Program-made: the position numbers and the translations under genes
Assembly (NCBI GenBank): GCA_024679065.1
Contig: JAGIQG010000014.1
Coordinates: 6,882,001-6,946,000 of the forward strand
From: Sphyrna mokarran
Lineage: Eukaryota
DNA length: 64,000 nt
Direction of reading: 5' to 3'
The notes under the pieces: model-generated
What the model was told of the DNA's origin: nothing
What the model saw: only the letters and a program-made list of their open reading frames with translations
The model's database searches: none
Shown: positions 51,329 to 64,000 of the stretch, in pieces
Position numbering within the stretch: the stretch's first letter is position 1
Layout: each line of letters opens with the position of its first letter

Positions 51329-52772
51329 ATGTGTCGGCTATATCTTCCTATAATTTGGCAATCCGCAGTGTCACACTGCCTCATAACAGATGAGGAGTTA
51401 TCAGTGAGTTTGCAGCTAAACAGGGGAGTGTAATTCAAGTATACGATCCTGCTCTTCCTTGCTGTTTGACGTACTTGGTGAACATACCAGTCTAATGTAA
51501 CCTGCGTTTCCGAATTCGCATCTCAGTGTTTGTGCACGCTTCGGGGGTTTGAGACAATGAATGTTCACAGTGGTGGTGGTGAGTGCCGATCAACTCGGAT
51601 CCTAATGTTGGAAGGCTTCAAACGTTTTGGGACAGCCCCTGCCCCTTCAATTCTATGTAATTATCTGTAAGAAAGAGATAGATTTTGCTTCTTAATCTGC
51701 ACACGTTTCCATAATCCAAAGAGTGTCAACGGCGTTTAGGGCCTGGGATTGGAGTTTCAATTCCAACCTACTCCTTGAATTTGACTCGATACATAACTTT
51801 CTGGAGGTGCAGAATATTTCCAGAATTGTCTAAATAATTCAGTGTCCAACATTAACTGATTTTTTTTTATATATTTGAGTGCTTTATTTTTATTAGTCTT
51901 TAAAACAGTGATAGGAAATGTAGAAAGTGGGACTTCTTGCATTCAATTCTGATCTGTATGTTAGTATTTCAGGATAGACACGGGTATAATCAGCGTGTGG
52001 GAGAGCCGAATGTCTCTCCATTGTCTCTCATCGTACAGTAATTCCGAACAAATCTTCTTTATTCTTGTGCTCCCCTTTCAAGAAAGGTCAAGAAGCAATT
52101 TGCTTTCGTATGAACAGAAGTTGTGTTTAGTTGAGGTTACAAATGGCTGATGTAAAATCAATATGAAGGAATAATGAGAAAAAGAACAAATGCAAACCAG
52201 AAAACAAAAAAAAACTGTTTGTCGAACTGAACAAAGTCGAACTAAAACTCTGGATTGATATTCCTCTATATTAAAAAAAAAGACTGGGTCATTACTACCT
52301 TTGATGGTGATGCTGAAAGAAGCATTTTGAATTATTGTCGCCGATGTCTGAGGACAAGTGAACGAATTGACTAATAGCAGCAAAACACTGCGGATGCTGG
52401 AATTTGAAACAATTGCACAAAATGCTTTATCGTATCAGGTCTGACTGCATCTCCGGAAAGCGAAGAAAACCAATGTTACGCGTTAGGGTAACTTTTTTGT
52501 CAGATCTCCAGCCATTTTTCATCATTTTCTTTTTTTTAAGGAATTGGCTGATTGGTGTTACTTAACATTGCAGAGGAAAGAGTGGTGAGAGGATAAATGG
52601 AATTGTACTTTTCTACGAGAAACACAATATTCAATCATTTTGCTCTTCGTGAAACCAATCTCTGACCATTTATCCTTCCCATTGATATTTCCACAACGCA
52701 GTAGGTTTCAGAAATAAATGCAAACTTCAAAGTAATCCAAAGATTTTCATTTACAGGCTACAAACACAACAT

Positions 52773-52846
52773 GGCGCCGTGGCTTAGATGGTTAAAGCGC
52801 CTGTCTAGTAAACAGGAGATCCTGAGTTCGAATCTCAGCGGTGCCT
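52773..52846 (+). tRNA. tRNA-Thr(AGT)
   Basis: GGCGCCG acceptor pairs with CGGTGCC. Anticodon arm CCTGT-CTAGTAA-ACAGG. T arm CTGAG-TTCGAAT-CTCAG. Followed by a T-run Pol III terminator. Confidence 0.96.
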
Positions 52847-53015
52847 TTTTCTAAAAAAATATATTTATTGGACCAATGAGTCAAATCAAAACAGCGACGC
52901 CGAGACAGACGGGAAATGATGCATAAAGATTCCCGAAGCCCATAATCAGTTAGTACTAAAGTTATCCACCTTTTTCAATCAATTTGGTCCCAATGATCTC
53001 CCTTCCTCACAAGCA

Positions 53016-56000
53016 GATAGAACATAGAACATAGAACATTACAGCACAGAACAGGCCCTTCGGCCTTCGATGTTGTGCCGACCAAAATAAAACGCAATGC
53101 CCCTCCAAACTAAACGATTCCCTTCTCTTCCATATACTTATCAATTAACCTCTTAAACGCCACCAAACTTGGCGCATCTACAACAGCTGCAGGCAGGGCA
53201 TTCCACTCCCTAATCACTCTTTGAGTAAAGAACCTACCTCTGATATCCGTCCTATAACTCATACCCTTAATTTAAAGCTGTGTCCCCTCGTGCTAGCTTT
53301 CTCCATCCTTGGAAAAAGGCTATCACTGTCCACCCTATCTAAACCTCTAATCATCTTATATGCTTCAATAAGATCCCCTCTTAGCCGCCTCCTTTCTAAC
53401 GAAAACAACCTCAATCCTTCAACCTCTCTTCATAGGACCTGCCCTCCATACCAGGCAACATCCTGGTAAACCTCCTCTGTACCTCTCCAATGCCTCCACA
53501 TCTTTCTTATAATGTGGCGACCAGAACTGCACACAATACTCCAAGTGCGGCCGCACTAGAGTTTTGTACAGCTGCAACATGATGCTGCGGCTCCTAATTC
53601 AATCCCCCTACCAATAAAAGCTAAGACTCCATAAGCCTTCTTAACAACTTTATCCACTTGACTGCCTACTTTCAGGGATCTATTGACACATACACCAAGA
53701 TCCTTCTGTTCCTCAACACTATTAAGAGCCCTAACCATTAGCCCTATACTCTACACATTTATTGTTCCTGCCAAAGTGCATTACCTCACACTTTTCCACA
53801 TTAAACTCCATTTGCCACCTCTCGGCCCAGCTCTGCAACTTGTCCAAGTCACTCTGTAAACTATAACATCCCTCTTCACTATCTACCACTCCACCGACTT
53901 TAGTGTCATCTGCAAATTTACTGATCCATCCCTCAATACCCTCATCCATATCATTTATAAAAATTACAAACAGCAGGGGCCCCAAAACAGACCCCTGAGG
54001 CACACCACTTGTCACCGAACTCCACGATGACTATCTCCCATCAACCACCACCCTCTGTCTTCTATCTGCCAGCCAATTCCTAATCCAATTAGCTAAATCA
54101 CCCTCTATTCCACACATCTGCATTTTCTGTAGAAGTCTTCCATGGGCCACCTTATCAAACGCCTTACTAAAGTCATATATACTACATCAACCGCCTTACC
54201 CCCATCCACCTCTTTGGTCACTTTCTCAAAAACTCAATGAGGTTAGTAAGGCATGACCTACCCTTCACGAAACCATGCTGACTATCCCCAATCAATTCAT
54301 TTCTCTCTAAATAACTATAAATCCTATCCCTAATAATTCTCTCCAATCCCTTGCCCACAACAGAAGTAAGACTCACTGGCCTATAATTCCCTGGAAGGTC
54401 TCTCTTCCCCTTCTTAACAATGGGACCACATTCGCTATCCTCCAGTCCTCCGGAACCACACCCGTAACCAACGAGGACCTGAAGATCAGAGCCAGAGGCT
54501 CTGCAATCTCCTCTCTTGCCTCCCAGAGAATCCTAGGTTAAATCCCGTCCGGCCCAGGGGACTTATCCAACTTCAAACCCTCAAGAATATCTAGCACATC
54601 CTCCCTATCTACTTCAATACTTTCCAGTTTGCAACCCTGTACCTCAATGTTCTCCATAACTACATTTACATCACCCTGCGTGAATACCGAAGAGAAATAT
54701 TTATTCAGTACCTCTCCAATCTCTTCAGGCTCCACGCACAACTTCCCACTGCTGTCTATGACTTGCCCTAATCTTGCCCTAACCAATCTTCTATTCTTAA
54801 CATATCTAAAGAAAGCTTTAGGATTCTCCTTAATCCTATCAGCCAAAGTCTTCTCGTGTCCCCTCTTAGCTCTCCTCAACTCACTCTTTAGCTCCCTCCT
54901 GGCTAACCTATAGCTATCCATTGCACTAACCGAGCCTTCAAGCCTCATCCTGACATAAGCCTCCTTTTTCCTTTTAACCAGCAAATCAAATTTTTTCGTA
55001 CACCAAGGTTCTCTTACTCGACCATTTCCTCCTTGCCTGACAGGGACATACTTATCAAGGACTCGCAGCAGCTGCTCCTTGAATAAGCTCCACATTCCAG
55101 ATGTTCCCAGTCCCTGTAGTTTCCTAGTCCAATCTATGCACCCTAATTCTCTCCTGATGGCCTCATAATTACCCTTCTCCCAGCTATAACTACTGCCCCC
55201 AGCTTCATGCCTATCCCTGTCCATCACTAAGGTGAACGTAACAGAATTGTGGTCACTATCACCAAAATGTTCACTAACTTCCAAGCCTAACACCTGGTCT
55301 GGCTCATTGCCCAGCACCAAATCCAATGTAGCCTCACCTCTAGTTGGCCTATCTACATACTGAGTCAAAAAACTTTCCTGCACACTCTGTACGAAAACTG
55401 ACCCCTCTAACGAGCTAGAGCTATAGCTATTCCAATCAATATTAGCAAAGTTAAAGTCCCCCATCACAATTACCCTACTACTTTCACTCCTAATCAGAAT
55501 TGACTTTGCAATCCTTTCCACAACCTCTCTAGAACTATTAGGAGGTCTGTAAAAGACTCCCAACAGGGTGACCCCCCTCTCCTGTTTCTAATCTCAGCCC
55601 ATACTACCTCAACAGACAAGTCCTCATCAAACTTCTTTTCTATCACCATGATACAGTCTTTGACCAATAATGCCACTCCTCCCCCCCTTCTACCTCCATC
55701 TCTACTCCGACTAAAGCATTTGTACCCCGGAACCTGCAACATCCATTCCTGTCCCTGCTCTACCCAAGTCTCTGAAATGGCCACAACATCGAAGTTCCAG
55801 GTACTGGTCCAAGCTGCAAGTTCCTCCCCCTTATTGCGAATACTCCTTGCATTAAAGTATACGCATTTCAAACCATGCCCCACCCCACCCGTACGCCGCT
55901 GTGTTTTACAACTCTCTTCTATAACCCCCTTACTCTCATCCCTCTCAGCACCCCAACTACTTAGGATCCCACCCCCCCCCCCGAATCAGTTTAAAGCCCC

Positions 56001-56364
56001 CATCATAGCCTTAGCAAATTTTCCCCCCAAGATATTAGTCCCCCTCTGGCTCAGGTGTAGACCATCTCTCTTGAAGAGGTCCCACCTATCCCAGAATGAG
56101 TCCCAATTGTTAAGGAACCTGAACCCCTCCCTCCTGCACCATCCACGCAGCCATGAGTTCAAACTTTCCCTTTCTCTGTTCTTCTCTAAACTATCCCTTG
56201 GCACAGGCAAGAGTCCAGAGATAACCACTCTGCCTGTTATGGACCTAAGCTTCCACCCTAACTCCATAAATTTCTGTTTAATATCCCCTTCCCTTGTCCT
56301 ACCTACATCATGTGTCCCCACATGAACTATGACTTGGGGCTGACTCCCCTCGCCCTTAAGAATC
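53016..56364 (-). mobile_element. Long CR1 LINE: 3' part of ORF1 (SGNH esterase), ORF2 APE + RT, (TTCTATG)n tail; multiple frameshifts
   Basis: VIVHVGTHDVG...RDGLHL, YFNARS...ISETW, YRPPNS...MGDFN...[27 protein letters not shown]. Confidence 0.96.
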
Positions 56365-56729
56365 TTGTCACTTATTCTTATGTTTTCACATGCTCCAACC
56401 TTGCGTCTCCTATTCACACATTTCCTTACAGTTACTCTGATAGTAAAAACGTTAGATTTTAATATTATCATCAAAACACAACAAATAAGGGTAACTATTG
56501 AAGGTAATAAAATGAATCTCTTCGTGTCTCCAAGAATAATAATTGAAATATATACAACATTTTTGGAGGAACTGATGTGACGCCTCAGTATTAGTATTAA
56601 ATCAATCTGGAAATCTGTGTACATGGAAACAGAAGAAATAAAAGCAGGAGTGAGCCTGTCTCGCCTTTCAATTAAAAACATAGATGATCTGTTTCTGTTG
56701 TCTAACTCCGATAACCTTTCGCTCATTTG

Positions 56730-57030
56730 CGCAAGAAGATTCTATCTAACTCTGCCTTAAAAATAATCAGTGAGCCCCCCTCCACCGCCTTCAGGGGCAG
56801 AATTACAAAGTCGCACAATGCTCAAAGAAAACTATTACTATATATTTTACACACTTCAAGCAAGTCATTATTCATTCTTCTAAACTGGATTGGAAACAAA
56901 TTCAGTCTTTCCTAATGAACTTCATAAGATTCGCCCCACTATTCCTGGCACTAATTTAATAAACGTGATCTGAGCTGTCTCCAACATATTTTTACCGCTT
57001 CTTAAATAAGGAGACGATTGTTTTGCTGAG
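56730..57030 (-). mobile_element. Old CR1 3' relic
   Basis: ctatctaactctgccttaaaaata...cctccaccgccttcaggggcagaattacaaag...ttcttaaataaggagac. Confidence 0.55.
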
Positions 57031-57099
57031 GTAGCGGAAAGCTTAGACAGAGTCAATGGATTGAAAGCTGGTTTGCGTTATTTTGTAGGTTTTTATTTT

Positions 57100-57615
57100 T
57101 GCGCTCCCGGGCAGGTCAGGACCGATGTCAAACTGAAAGGATTATTTTTCTGGTGCGTCTGCAAAATCTGGTGACAGTCATAGCTGACATGCCAAATTTC
57201 CTTTAATCTTCTGAGGACGTGGAGGTGTTGGCGGGCTTTCTTAACTATAGTGTTGGAAAGTTTGTTGGTGATCTGGACACATATAAACTTGAAGCTCTTG
57301 ATACTTATTAGTTCCTCCTCATTGAATAGGCAGGGCATCATCTCCCCTACACTCCCTGAAGTCGCTAACAATCTCCTTTGTTTTGTTTGACATTGAGTGA
57401 GAGACGCATTTCACCAGTTTCTCTACCTCATTCGTGTACCCTGCCTTGTCATTGTTTGAGATCCGACACATTACGATGGTGTCTTCAGCAAACTTGAAAA
57501 TCAAGTTGTAGAGGAATTTTGCCACACAGTCATGCGTGTATAAACAGCATAGCAGGGGGGTGAGAACACAGCCTTTTGAAGCACCGGAGTTGAAGATGAT
57601 CGTGGAGGAGGTTTG
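57100..57615 (-). mobile_element. Decayed Rex1/Babar-type LINE RT fragment
   Basis: IFKFAEDTIVMCRISNNDKAGY..EVEKL, NKTKEI, IVKKARQHLHVLRRLK. Confidence 0.75.
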
Positions 57616-57619
57616 ATAA

Positions 57620-58110
57620 ATTTGGGGTTACCCATTTTGGACAGAATAATAGGAAGGCAGGTTATTACTAAATTGGCTGTAAATTGAGAGAGTTGGATGC
57701 TCAGCAAGACGTTGGTGTCCTCGTGTGTCAATCACTGAAAGTAAGTTCTCAATGAAAGTAAGTACAACAGGTAGAAAACAAGGCAAATGATATGCTGACC
57801 TCTGTAGGGAGAGGACTAGAGTATAGGGAGAGGGATGCACTGCTGTAATTATAAAGAGCATTGTGTGCAGTTTAGGTCTCCTTAGCTGTTCGAAGGCTGC
57901 GTCTTTAATTTAGAGGGAAGACACTGATGCTTTACCAGGTCGATTCTCAACATGGTAAACATATTTTGAGCGACTGAATTGTTTAGAAATATGTTCATTG
58001 TAGTTGAGAAAAGGAAGGGAGTTCCAAAAGAAATGTTTAATATTCGAAGAGGATGAGACAGGGTAGATTGAAAAAATGTGTTGCCACTGGTGGGGGAGCC
58101 CAGAACTACT
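57620..58110 (+). mobile_element. Decayed CR1 RT C-terminal fragment
   Basis: cccattttggacagaataatagg...gtgcagtttaggtctcc...gacagggtagattgaaaaaatg pattern. Confidence 0.5.
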
Positions 58111-58439
58111 CAAGTCTGTCAATATTTACAGATACCTTAGGAGTTTTCTGCCCCTTCCAGCGTAGCTACTTACCCTTGGGCATTAACCCAGGCCCGTTAT
58201 CATTGCTGTGGCCTCATTGAGGGAGAAGAATCCTAAACATGGTTCGCTCTAGGCCAACACAGCTTCTTTTAAAGTTATTTGCTAATTTTCACGTTTGCAA
58301 ATTCGTTTTATTTCAACAATTTTTTTTGCAATTTTTTCCCCTTTGGCTCGGCATTCATCTTTGATGTATCATGAATTCGTGAAGATCAAGAGATTTTGGG
58401 ATATCTATTTTCCACTTTGAATTTTCTCGTATTAAAATA

Positions 58440-59510
58440 AAGAAAAATAAAATACTGTGGATGCTGAAAATCGAAAATGAATATAAAAATGCTATAAACG
58501 CTCATTAGGTCTCGTAGCATCTTTTGAGATTGAGGCAGAGTTAACTTTTCACTTCCTCTGCAACCCTTCTGCAGTATTAAAAAGAGGAATAAACATGTTG
58601 CATTTTATAGCGTACAGAAGAGCGGAGCCGCTGAAGAAGAGTAAAAGGTCAACGATTAGTGAGAGTAAGGAGAACTAACAAGGAATAAAAAAAAGAAAGG
58701 AAAAGTTTTAGAGACATGTTGGTGGGAACAACGAAGGCTCTGAAATTTGCAAATCTTCACACAAACATCTGACAGTGTTCAGTGAAAGATAATTATCAAG
58801 CCGTCTGACCCATGGCGAAGAAGAAGATACTGTGAGAAAAAATGCGTAAAAATGTCCGTGATGAGGAACAATACAGTAATATTAAGTTGTTAAACTCAAT
58901 GTTGAGTCCAGTTTTTGGAAAACGAAGTCCCGCTCATTCAGCTTGTGTTGGGATTCACTGAAACATTCCAATAGGTCAAGGATGGCCATCTGAGGATGAC
59001 AGTCAGATGTTGTTAAAATTATAAGCAGCGGGAAGATTGGGATCATGTTTGCATTCTTGGTGTTCGTCTTATATGAAGCATTCTCCCAGCTTGTTTTGTG
59101 CCTCCCGGATATAAAGGTGAATGCAATGGGAGCAGCGAATACTATAGGCTAACTTGGTTGGGGTGCGAAGGGAAATGTTGTTTCACTTGTTAGAATGGTT
59201 GGATTTTGATTGGTGAAGAAAGAGGAGATAAATGGACAGATGTTGCAAGTTTGGTGACTGCAAGAAAACAGTCCCTAGGAATGTGGGGAGGGCTTCAGTT
59301 GTTGGTGAAATTGACTGGGGTATGACTGAAGGAGCTACCCCTGCAGAATATTTTCATAGAATGATGTGGAGTTGTGAAGGGAATATATATTTATTGGTGG
59401 TATCTAGGTGGAGTTGAGAAAATGGCGGGGAATGGTTCTTTGAATGTGAAGGCTATTGGGTCGAAAGGTGAGGAAAATGGGGGACGCTATCATCGTTCTA
59501 GTCGGGATAG
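58440..59510 (-). mobile_element. Highly decayed Penelope-like element of a second family (GIY-YIG relic + terminal repeat); related terminal fragment at ~52378-52500
   Basis: Minus strand near 59150-59085 reads LAYSIRCSHCIHLYIREAQNKLG, resembling the VYCIRC..C..LYIGET...LG GIY-YIG motif. Confidence 0.6.
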
Positions 59511-60164
59511 TACATAGTCTACATTACACACTTGGGACACAATGAGATGTGCGTGCGTTTCTTCTTTCAAAATTTACAGCAATATAACCCTGTGGTTAGC
59601 AGCCTGGAGGAAGAAAAGGATTCATGAAGTCATCTTTCTCTGAAAATGTTTAGGCCAACAAATCATTTTGCATCGACATCTATGACGTAAAATCTAATTT
59701 CTCCTGACCTCTATCACAGAAGTCTTAGATGAGAGTGCAAAGGAGAGGCTGGACAAAACAAATTGGATGATCTGCTTAACACAAATATTAATGCCACAAT
59801 TTCAATCAATGAGTGCTGGTGTAAAACTAATTGTGGAGTACAGTGGAGAATTTCGATTCCGTGGCTGGATATCTTCAGAAGGACTAAAACACTTCAGAAA
59901 GTAAAAACTTTGCAGACGTAAAATGACCCAGTTTATATATATATATTTTTTAAAAAAGCTAATTTAAAACATAGAAAAAAACAAACTTGACATAAAAGGG
60001 CAAAACAATAATTTCGGCAAAGGGAAATCTCAGATATGCCAGACATCACAAGTGTGCAATCGGTTTTCTAAAAAGATCGCATCTTTTATGTCAAAATATA
60101 AGCCAATTATACTGTTTTGTTATCAACAGCTCAGCCAATTTTTATTAATTGGCTGTTTGCAGTC

Positions 60165-60367
60165 CTCTGTTTGCCGCCCTCTGTTTGCTTCACTATGTTT
60201 GCCGCCATCTCTTTGCCTCCCTCTGTTTGCCGCCTTCTGTTTGCCGCCCACTGTTTGGGGCCAATTGTTTGCCCCCCTCTGTTTGCGACCCTCTGTTTGC
60301 CGCCCTCTGTTTGGGGCCAATTGTTTGCCGCCCTCTGAATGCGACCCTCTGTTTGCCGCCCTCTGTT
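60165..60367. repeat. 14-bp minisatellite (CTCTGTTTGCCGCC)n
   Basis: About 14 units read directly, with a repeated variant tgtttggggccaat. Confidence 0.93.
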
Positions 60368-62767
60368 TTAGCTATGTTTTTAAACATAGCTAAATATGTT
60401 TTCATTTATTATTCAATGTATCAATCTAATCATGGCAGTTTCTTGAGAAAAGTGATTATAATCTACCACCTTATTTAATTCTTTCTAATCAGTGGAAGCC
60501 TACCTCTAGGTATAAATTGTTTTCTTGTTGCCTTTGCATCCAAATAAGCGTATTTTGCTGACCTCAGCAGTGGCTAAATATCAAGACTTTGTCTAATGCC
60601 AAATGAGGAACCATCACTCGGTATCATTCCAGCTTGAATCATATAAACCATAGCTTAAGATGCTCCTTCACAGCGATATATATTGAATACATTTGTTTGC
60701 ATCCATTGTTTTTGAATGCAATTCACACAGTTTTATATCCAAATGTTGTCGAATTTTGTATTATTTCGTTGAAGTTACTGATACATTTCGCCACAGTACT
60801 GAAAAACTGCACAATCTTAATTAACACAATTCAATCTTAAATACCTCAGGTCATTTCAAAGTTGTTCATTTATACAAAGCATATAGCACATGATTCAATC
60901 TTACTTCAAACCCTTTCACGTATAACCAACTGTTTATAACCCTGATGTAGAGTAAGTTTTGATTACAAGTCTCACTCTATCCTATCTGTCAGCTGCAAAT
61001 GTCTATTAACCCCTTCCACAGTTTCAATCAATATATGGTTGCTGTAAAGCTTTTCAATTAATTCTGGAGTCAGACAAGATGGCGTTTCCATCCTGTGCTG
61101 TCCTCCTGTTGCAAAGACACACCCCTTAGCAGGGTCTATTTGCAAGATTTTGAGAATTAGTGCACTGACAATCGCAAAAAAATGGATACACACAGGTCAA
61201 AACTGCCATGTATTTGCATAACGTAACCTCATCCACATGGATCCACAATCTGATGTACATTTGTGGCCAACTCAAATAGCCCACGAAAGCCAAGTTAAGT
61301 AAGGAAGAAAGGGAACTTGGGGTCACATTCTTTAGGACCAGGTTTAATAGATCATTTGTTCGTCTTATGGCTCAGTAAGTCTGGATGAAGGTTCGATGCA
61401 GGTATCCACAACATAATCTGGACACATGACTTTATTTCCTTACTATTAAAATCAAAACTCTTGTTTGCCTTTGCACCATGAAGCATTTTCTCGTCTTCGC
61501 TCCTCCATTGCAGAGTTTTGTTTTTGTACAACATTCTCCTCCCACAATCTAATCATTTGAAACCTGTCATATTCATAGCCAGTTCTGAAGAAAAGCCATC
61601 ATTTGAACCGTTCACTCTATTTGTCTCCATAGCATTTCCCAGACATGCCAAGCATTTCCAAAGCCATGACAATGCTCTTTCAATTCTCCATCTGAAAGGA
61701 TTTCATGTGTTTCAAGTGAAATTAATTAAATTGAATTGTGGGCCAGATCTCTGCATGTTGAAATGGGCCGGCTGACCTCTTTTGGAATGGTAGAATTCCA
61801 TGATTTGGAGTTTCATTTCTACTATATTGGAAGGTTAGAAAACGGCAAAAGAAAATATTGAATGAATGATCCAGGGCAAACGCTGAATATTATTTGGCCC
61901 ATGTAGCAAAAATGCATTTCTCCAGCTGCGTGAGCGGGTGGTTATGATGTTGGACATGAGTGTTGTACATGTGGATCGGTGTGAACATTCACACACTGTT
62001 CGAAGCCTCCATGATTGAAATTATTCTCTTCTTTCATCAACTCCCTGGCTTGAAAAGAATTAATTAATCTACTGTCTTAGTATTTAGTAATAAAAATAAA
62101 ACTGTCAGATGAATTGGTTAGTTAATACTTGTTAGAAAAACATTGACTTAACAAAAGGATGAAAAATATTTAAACACATTTTCCTTTATGCTGCAGCAAT
62201 TAAACGACTGTAAATGTTTTCATTGCATCAAGTAAATACACACTATTTGTTACTTCACCTAATTTAAGGTTGATCCCCAGTTGCAATTAAAACCTCACGA
62301 GGATGTTGTCGTATGGAAGCTGTTGTTGTCTCTCTTTGTCAGCTTGGTCCCGGGATTATTCTCGCTGCCTTCTGAACAAGCTCTTTCTGTTGGAAGATCC
62401 GAATTCTAGAAGTTTCTTGGTAGCCAGCCAATGAATAGATCAGAAACCCAATTTGCATCACTCAATTAGGCCAATCAACTCAAGCAACGGTATTGTTATT
62501 GATCGCTCCAAACTACATCATAATTCATTTCTTACATTTACATCCCAATGTTTCCGTAAGGAAAACTGGCTCCAAAGGCTATAAGTAATTCCTCCACGCC
62601 AAGGACAAACTGTTACATCTAACACGTTGTGTCCTTTAATAAGTTTCTTAACCACAAGAAATAGCAGCATAGAGAAAAAAATCAACTTTAAACACGCAAT
62701 CAGCTTTCCTTGATCGAAGATCTTTCAGCATATTAAAATCTCTGCGAACGTTCAGCCATAAATAGAT

Positions 62768-63380
62768 ACATAGAAAACATGGAAAGATGAGCAGCATTGG
62801 ATCATTCGGTCATTCGAACTTGTTCTGCCATTGACTATCATTATGGGTGTAAGGGTAATATCATGACCTTGCATCCCGACCACAGCTTTGTCGTCTTTAC
62901 CGTTAAAGTTTCGCTTGTTCTGAGATATACTCAGTATATGGTCTCCACAATATTATGAAGTAAGTAATTCCACAGTTTTAGAGTCCTCTGAGAGAAAAGA
63001 CAAAAAACACTCCCCTACTCAGTTCTGGATGGCCTATGCTTATCTTCAGATTAACATATTTGGATCCACATCCTGGAAGCCAGGGAAAACATCATCCGTG
63101 CATCCAATTTGTCCAGCCCTGATGGAGGTTTATGTTTCAATGAGATTGGTTTTGCTCTTTGAAATTCAATTGAACACAGACATTCCAATCCCTCTTCATA
63201 TAACAAACTTGCCATACCAAGAGTTAATAGGGCGGGTCTTCGCTCTAATCTCTCCGTGCCATTTTGGAAATGAGGATATGGAACCTTTAAGATTACTTAA
63301 CGTTTTGTCCCACCAACAACTTGTCCTGTAGATCTTTTTCCAGCATGAAATCTTATTGCAATGACAGCCAACATGTAGTT
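62768..63380 (-). mobile_element. Old CR1 3' relic
   Basis: acatagaaaacat...ggatcattcggtcattcgaacttgttctgccattgactatcattatgg...gtaattccacagtt. Confidence 0.5.
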
Positions 63381-63642
63381 TGCCTTCCAATTGATTTTTG
63401 TTATTTTTGTTCTCAATTATTTTTGATGAACTGTTTCATCTGTTGCTTGGGTAACAACTAACAGATTCCAAAGGGAAAATGTCGAGAAGAAAATCTGCTG
63501 GAAGAAACTTGATGGTTGGGCGGGGAGGTGGGCATGAGAAGATAGACTGGAGTGACGAAGAATTATGGAGATGGGAAGAAAGCTGACGGAGTCTTAAACA
63601 ACGAGAAGAACCAAGCCTGAGACGATAATTTCTCATTAGCGT

Positions 63643-63714
63643 GAAGAGTTAATGTAATAGTTGGTATCCCCGCCTGTCACACGGGACACCAGAATTCAAT
63701 TCGCCAACAAGAGA
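63643..63714 (+). pseudogene. tRNA-Asp(GTC) pseudogene
   Basis: gttaatgtaatagttggtatccccgcctgtcacacgggacaccagaattcaattcgccaacaagag aligns with vertebrate tRNA-Asp (GTATCCCCGCCTGTCAC exact). Stems and A/B boxes broken. Confidence 0.8.
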
Positions 63715-63727
63715 GAGTATAATTTTA

Positions 63728-64000
63728 GGGCGGCACCGTAGCACAGTGGTTAGCACTGGTGCTTCACAGCTCCAGGGATTCTCGGCTTGGGTCATTGCAA
63801 CGAGTTTGCATATTCCCCTCGTGTCTACCTGGATTTCCTCCGGGTACTCCAGTTTCCTCCCACATTCCAAAGACGTGTGGGTAAGGTTGATTGGCCATGC
63901 TAAAATTGCCCTTTAGTGTCCTAAGAAGCGTATGTTAGAGAGATTAGTGGGTAAAATATGAAGGGATGTGGGAGTAGGGCCTGAGTGGGATTATCTCTCA
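63728..64000 (+). mobile_element. HE1-like V-SINE (elasmobranch), runs off the right edge
   Basis: gggcggcaccgtagcacagtggttagcact head and V domain gagtttgca...tttcctccgggtactccagtttcctcccaca...ccaaagacgtg...gattggccatgctaaaattgccc. Confidence 0.9.

Noticed and set aside
55986-56726. 246-aa ORF as a host-CR1 fusion gene
   Set aside because: The N-terminal half is AT-rich flank that happens to be in frame with truncated CR1 ORF1, with no domain or splice support.
60052-60478. Cys/Pro-rich repetitive ORFs
   Set aside because: Translations of the 14-bp minisatellite.
61925-62010. Possible tRNA-Ser relic (gctgcgtgagcgggtggttatgatgttggac...gttcgaa)
   Set aside because: Only the 5' ~30 nt resemble tRNA-Ser and no cloverleaf can be drawn.

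Overview
Eukaryotic, non-mammalian vertebrate DNA, very probably a shark or ray (inferred from HE1/V-SINE, SacSINE1-type DeuSINE, esterase-ORF1 CR1 and shark-type Penelope repeats). Bases 1-~50.9k are a head-to-tail array of five minus-strand, two-exon class A GPCR genes of the GPR139/GPR142-like type. Each has a 70-nt coding exon 1 (MAxPLILQIKxxFYPxLAxFGAP, GT donor) spliced in phase 1 to a ~930-nt exon 2 (ANLVTIVI...FDRY...SSCTNTxIY). The ORF-track starts for these genes lie in introns. The array was built by an older single-gene duplication and then a recent ~22-24 kb tandem duplication (1-~21.5k vs 22.4k-~45.8k), followed by young CR1 insertions unique to one copy. Every visible 3' UTR contains a sense-oriented Penelope pLTR fragment with a minimal hammerhead motif just before AATAAA. 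Each of these motifs is broken, by three different lesions. An apparently intact hammerhead sits in a second Penelope element that cuts the promoter of gene 5 at its CCAAT box. All receptors lack any ECL2 cysteine. The right part (51-64k) holds an intact tRNA-Thr(AGT), a long CR1 (ORF1 esterase plus ORF2), Rex1/Babar, Penelope and CR1 relics, a 14-bp minisatellite, a G-to-A skewed tRNA-Asp pseudogene and an HE1-like SINE. Repeat boundaries were set by eye and are approximate. Splice-site, tRNA and hammerhead coordinates were counted base by base.
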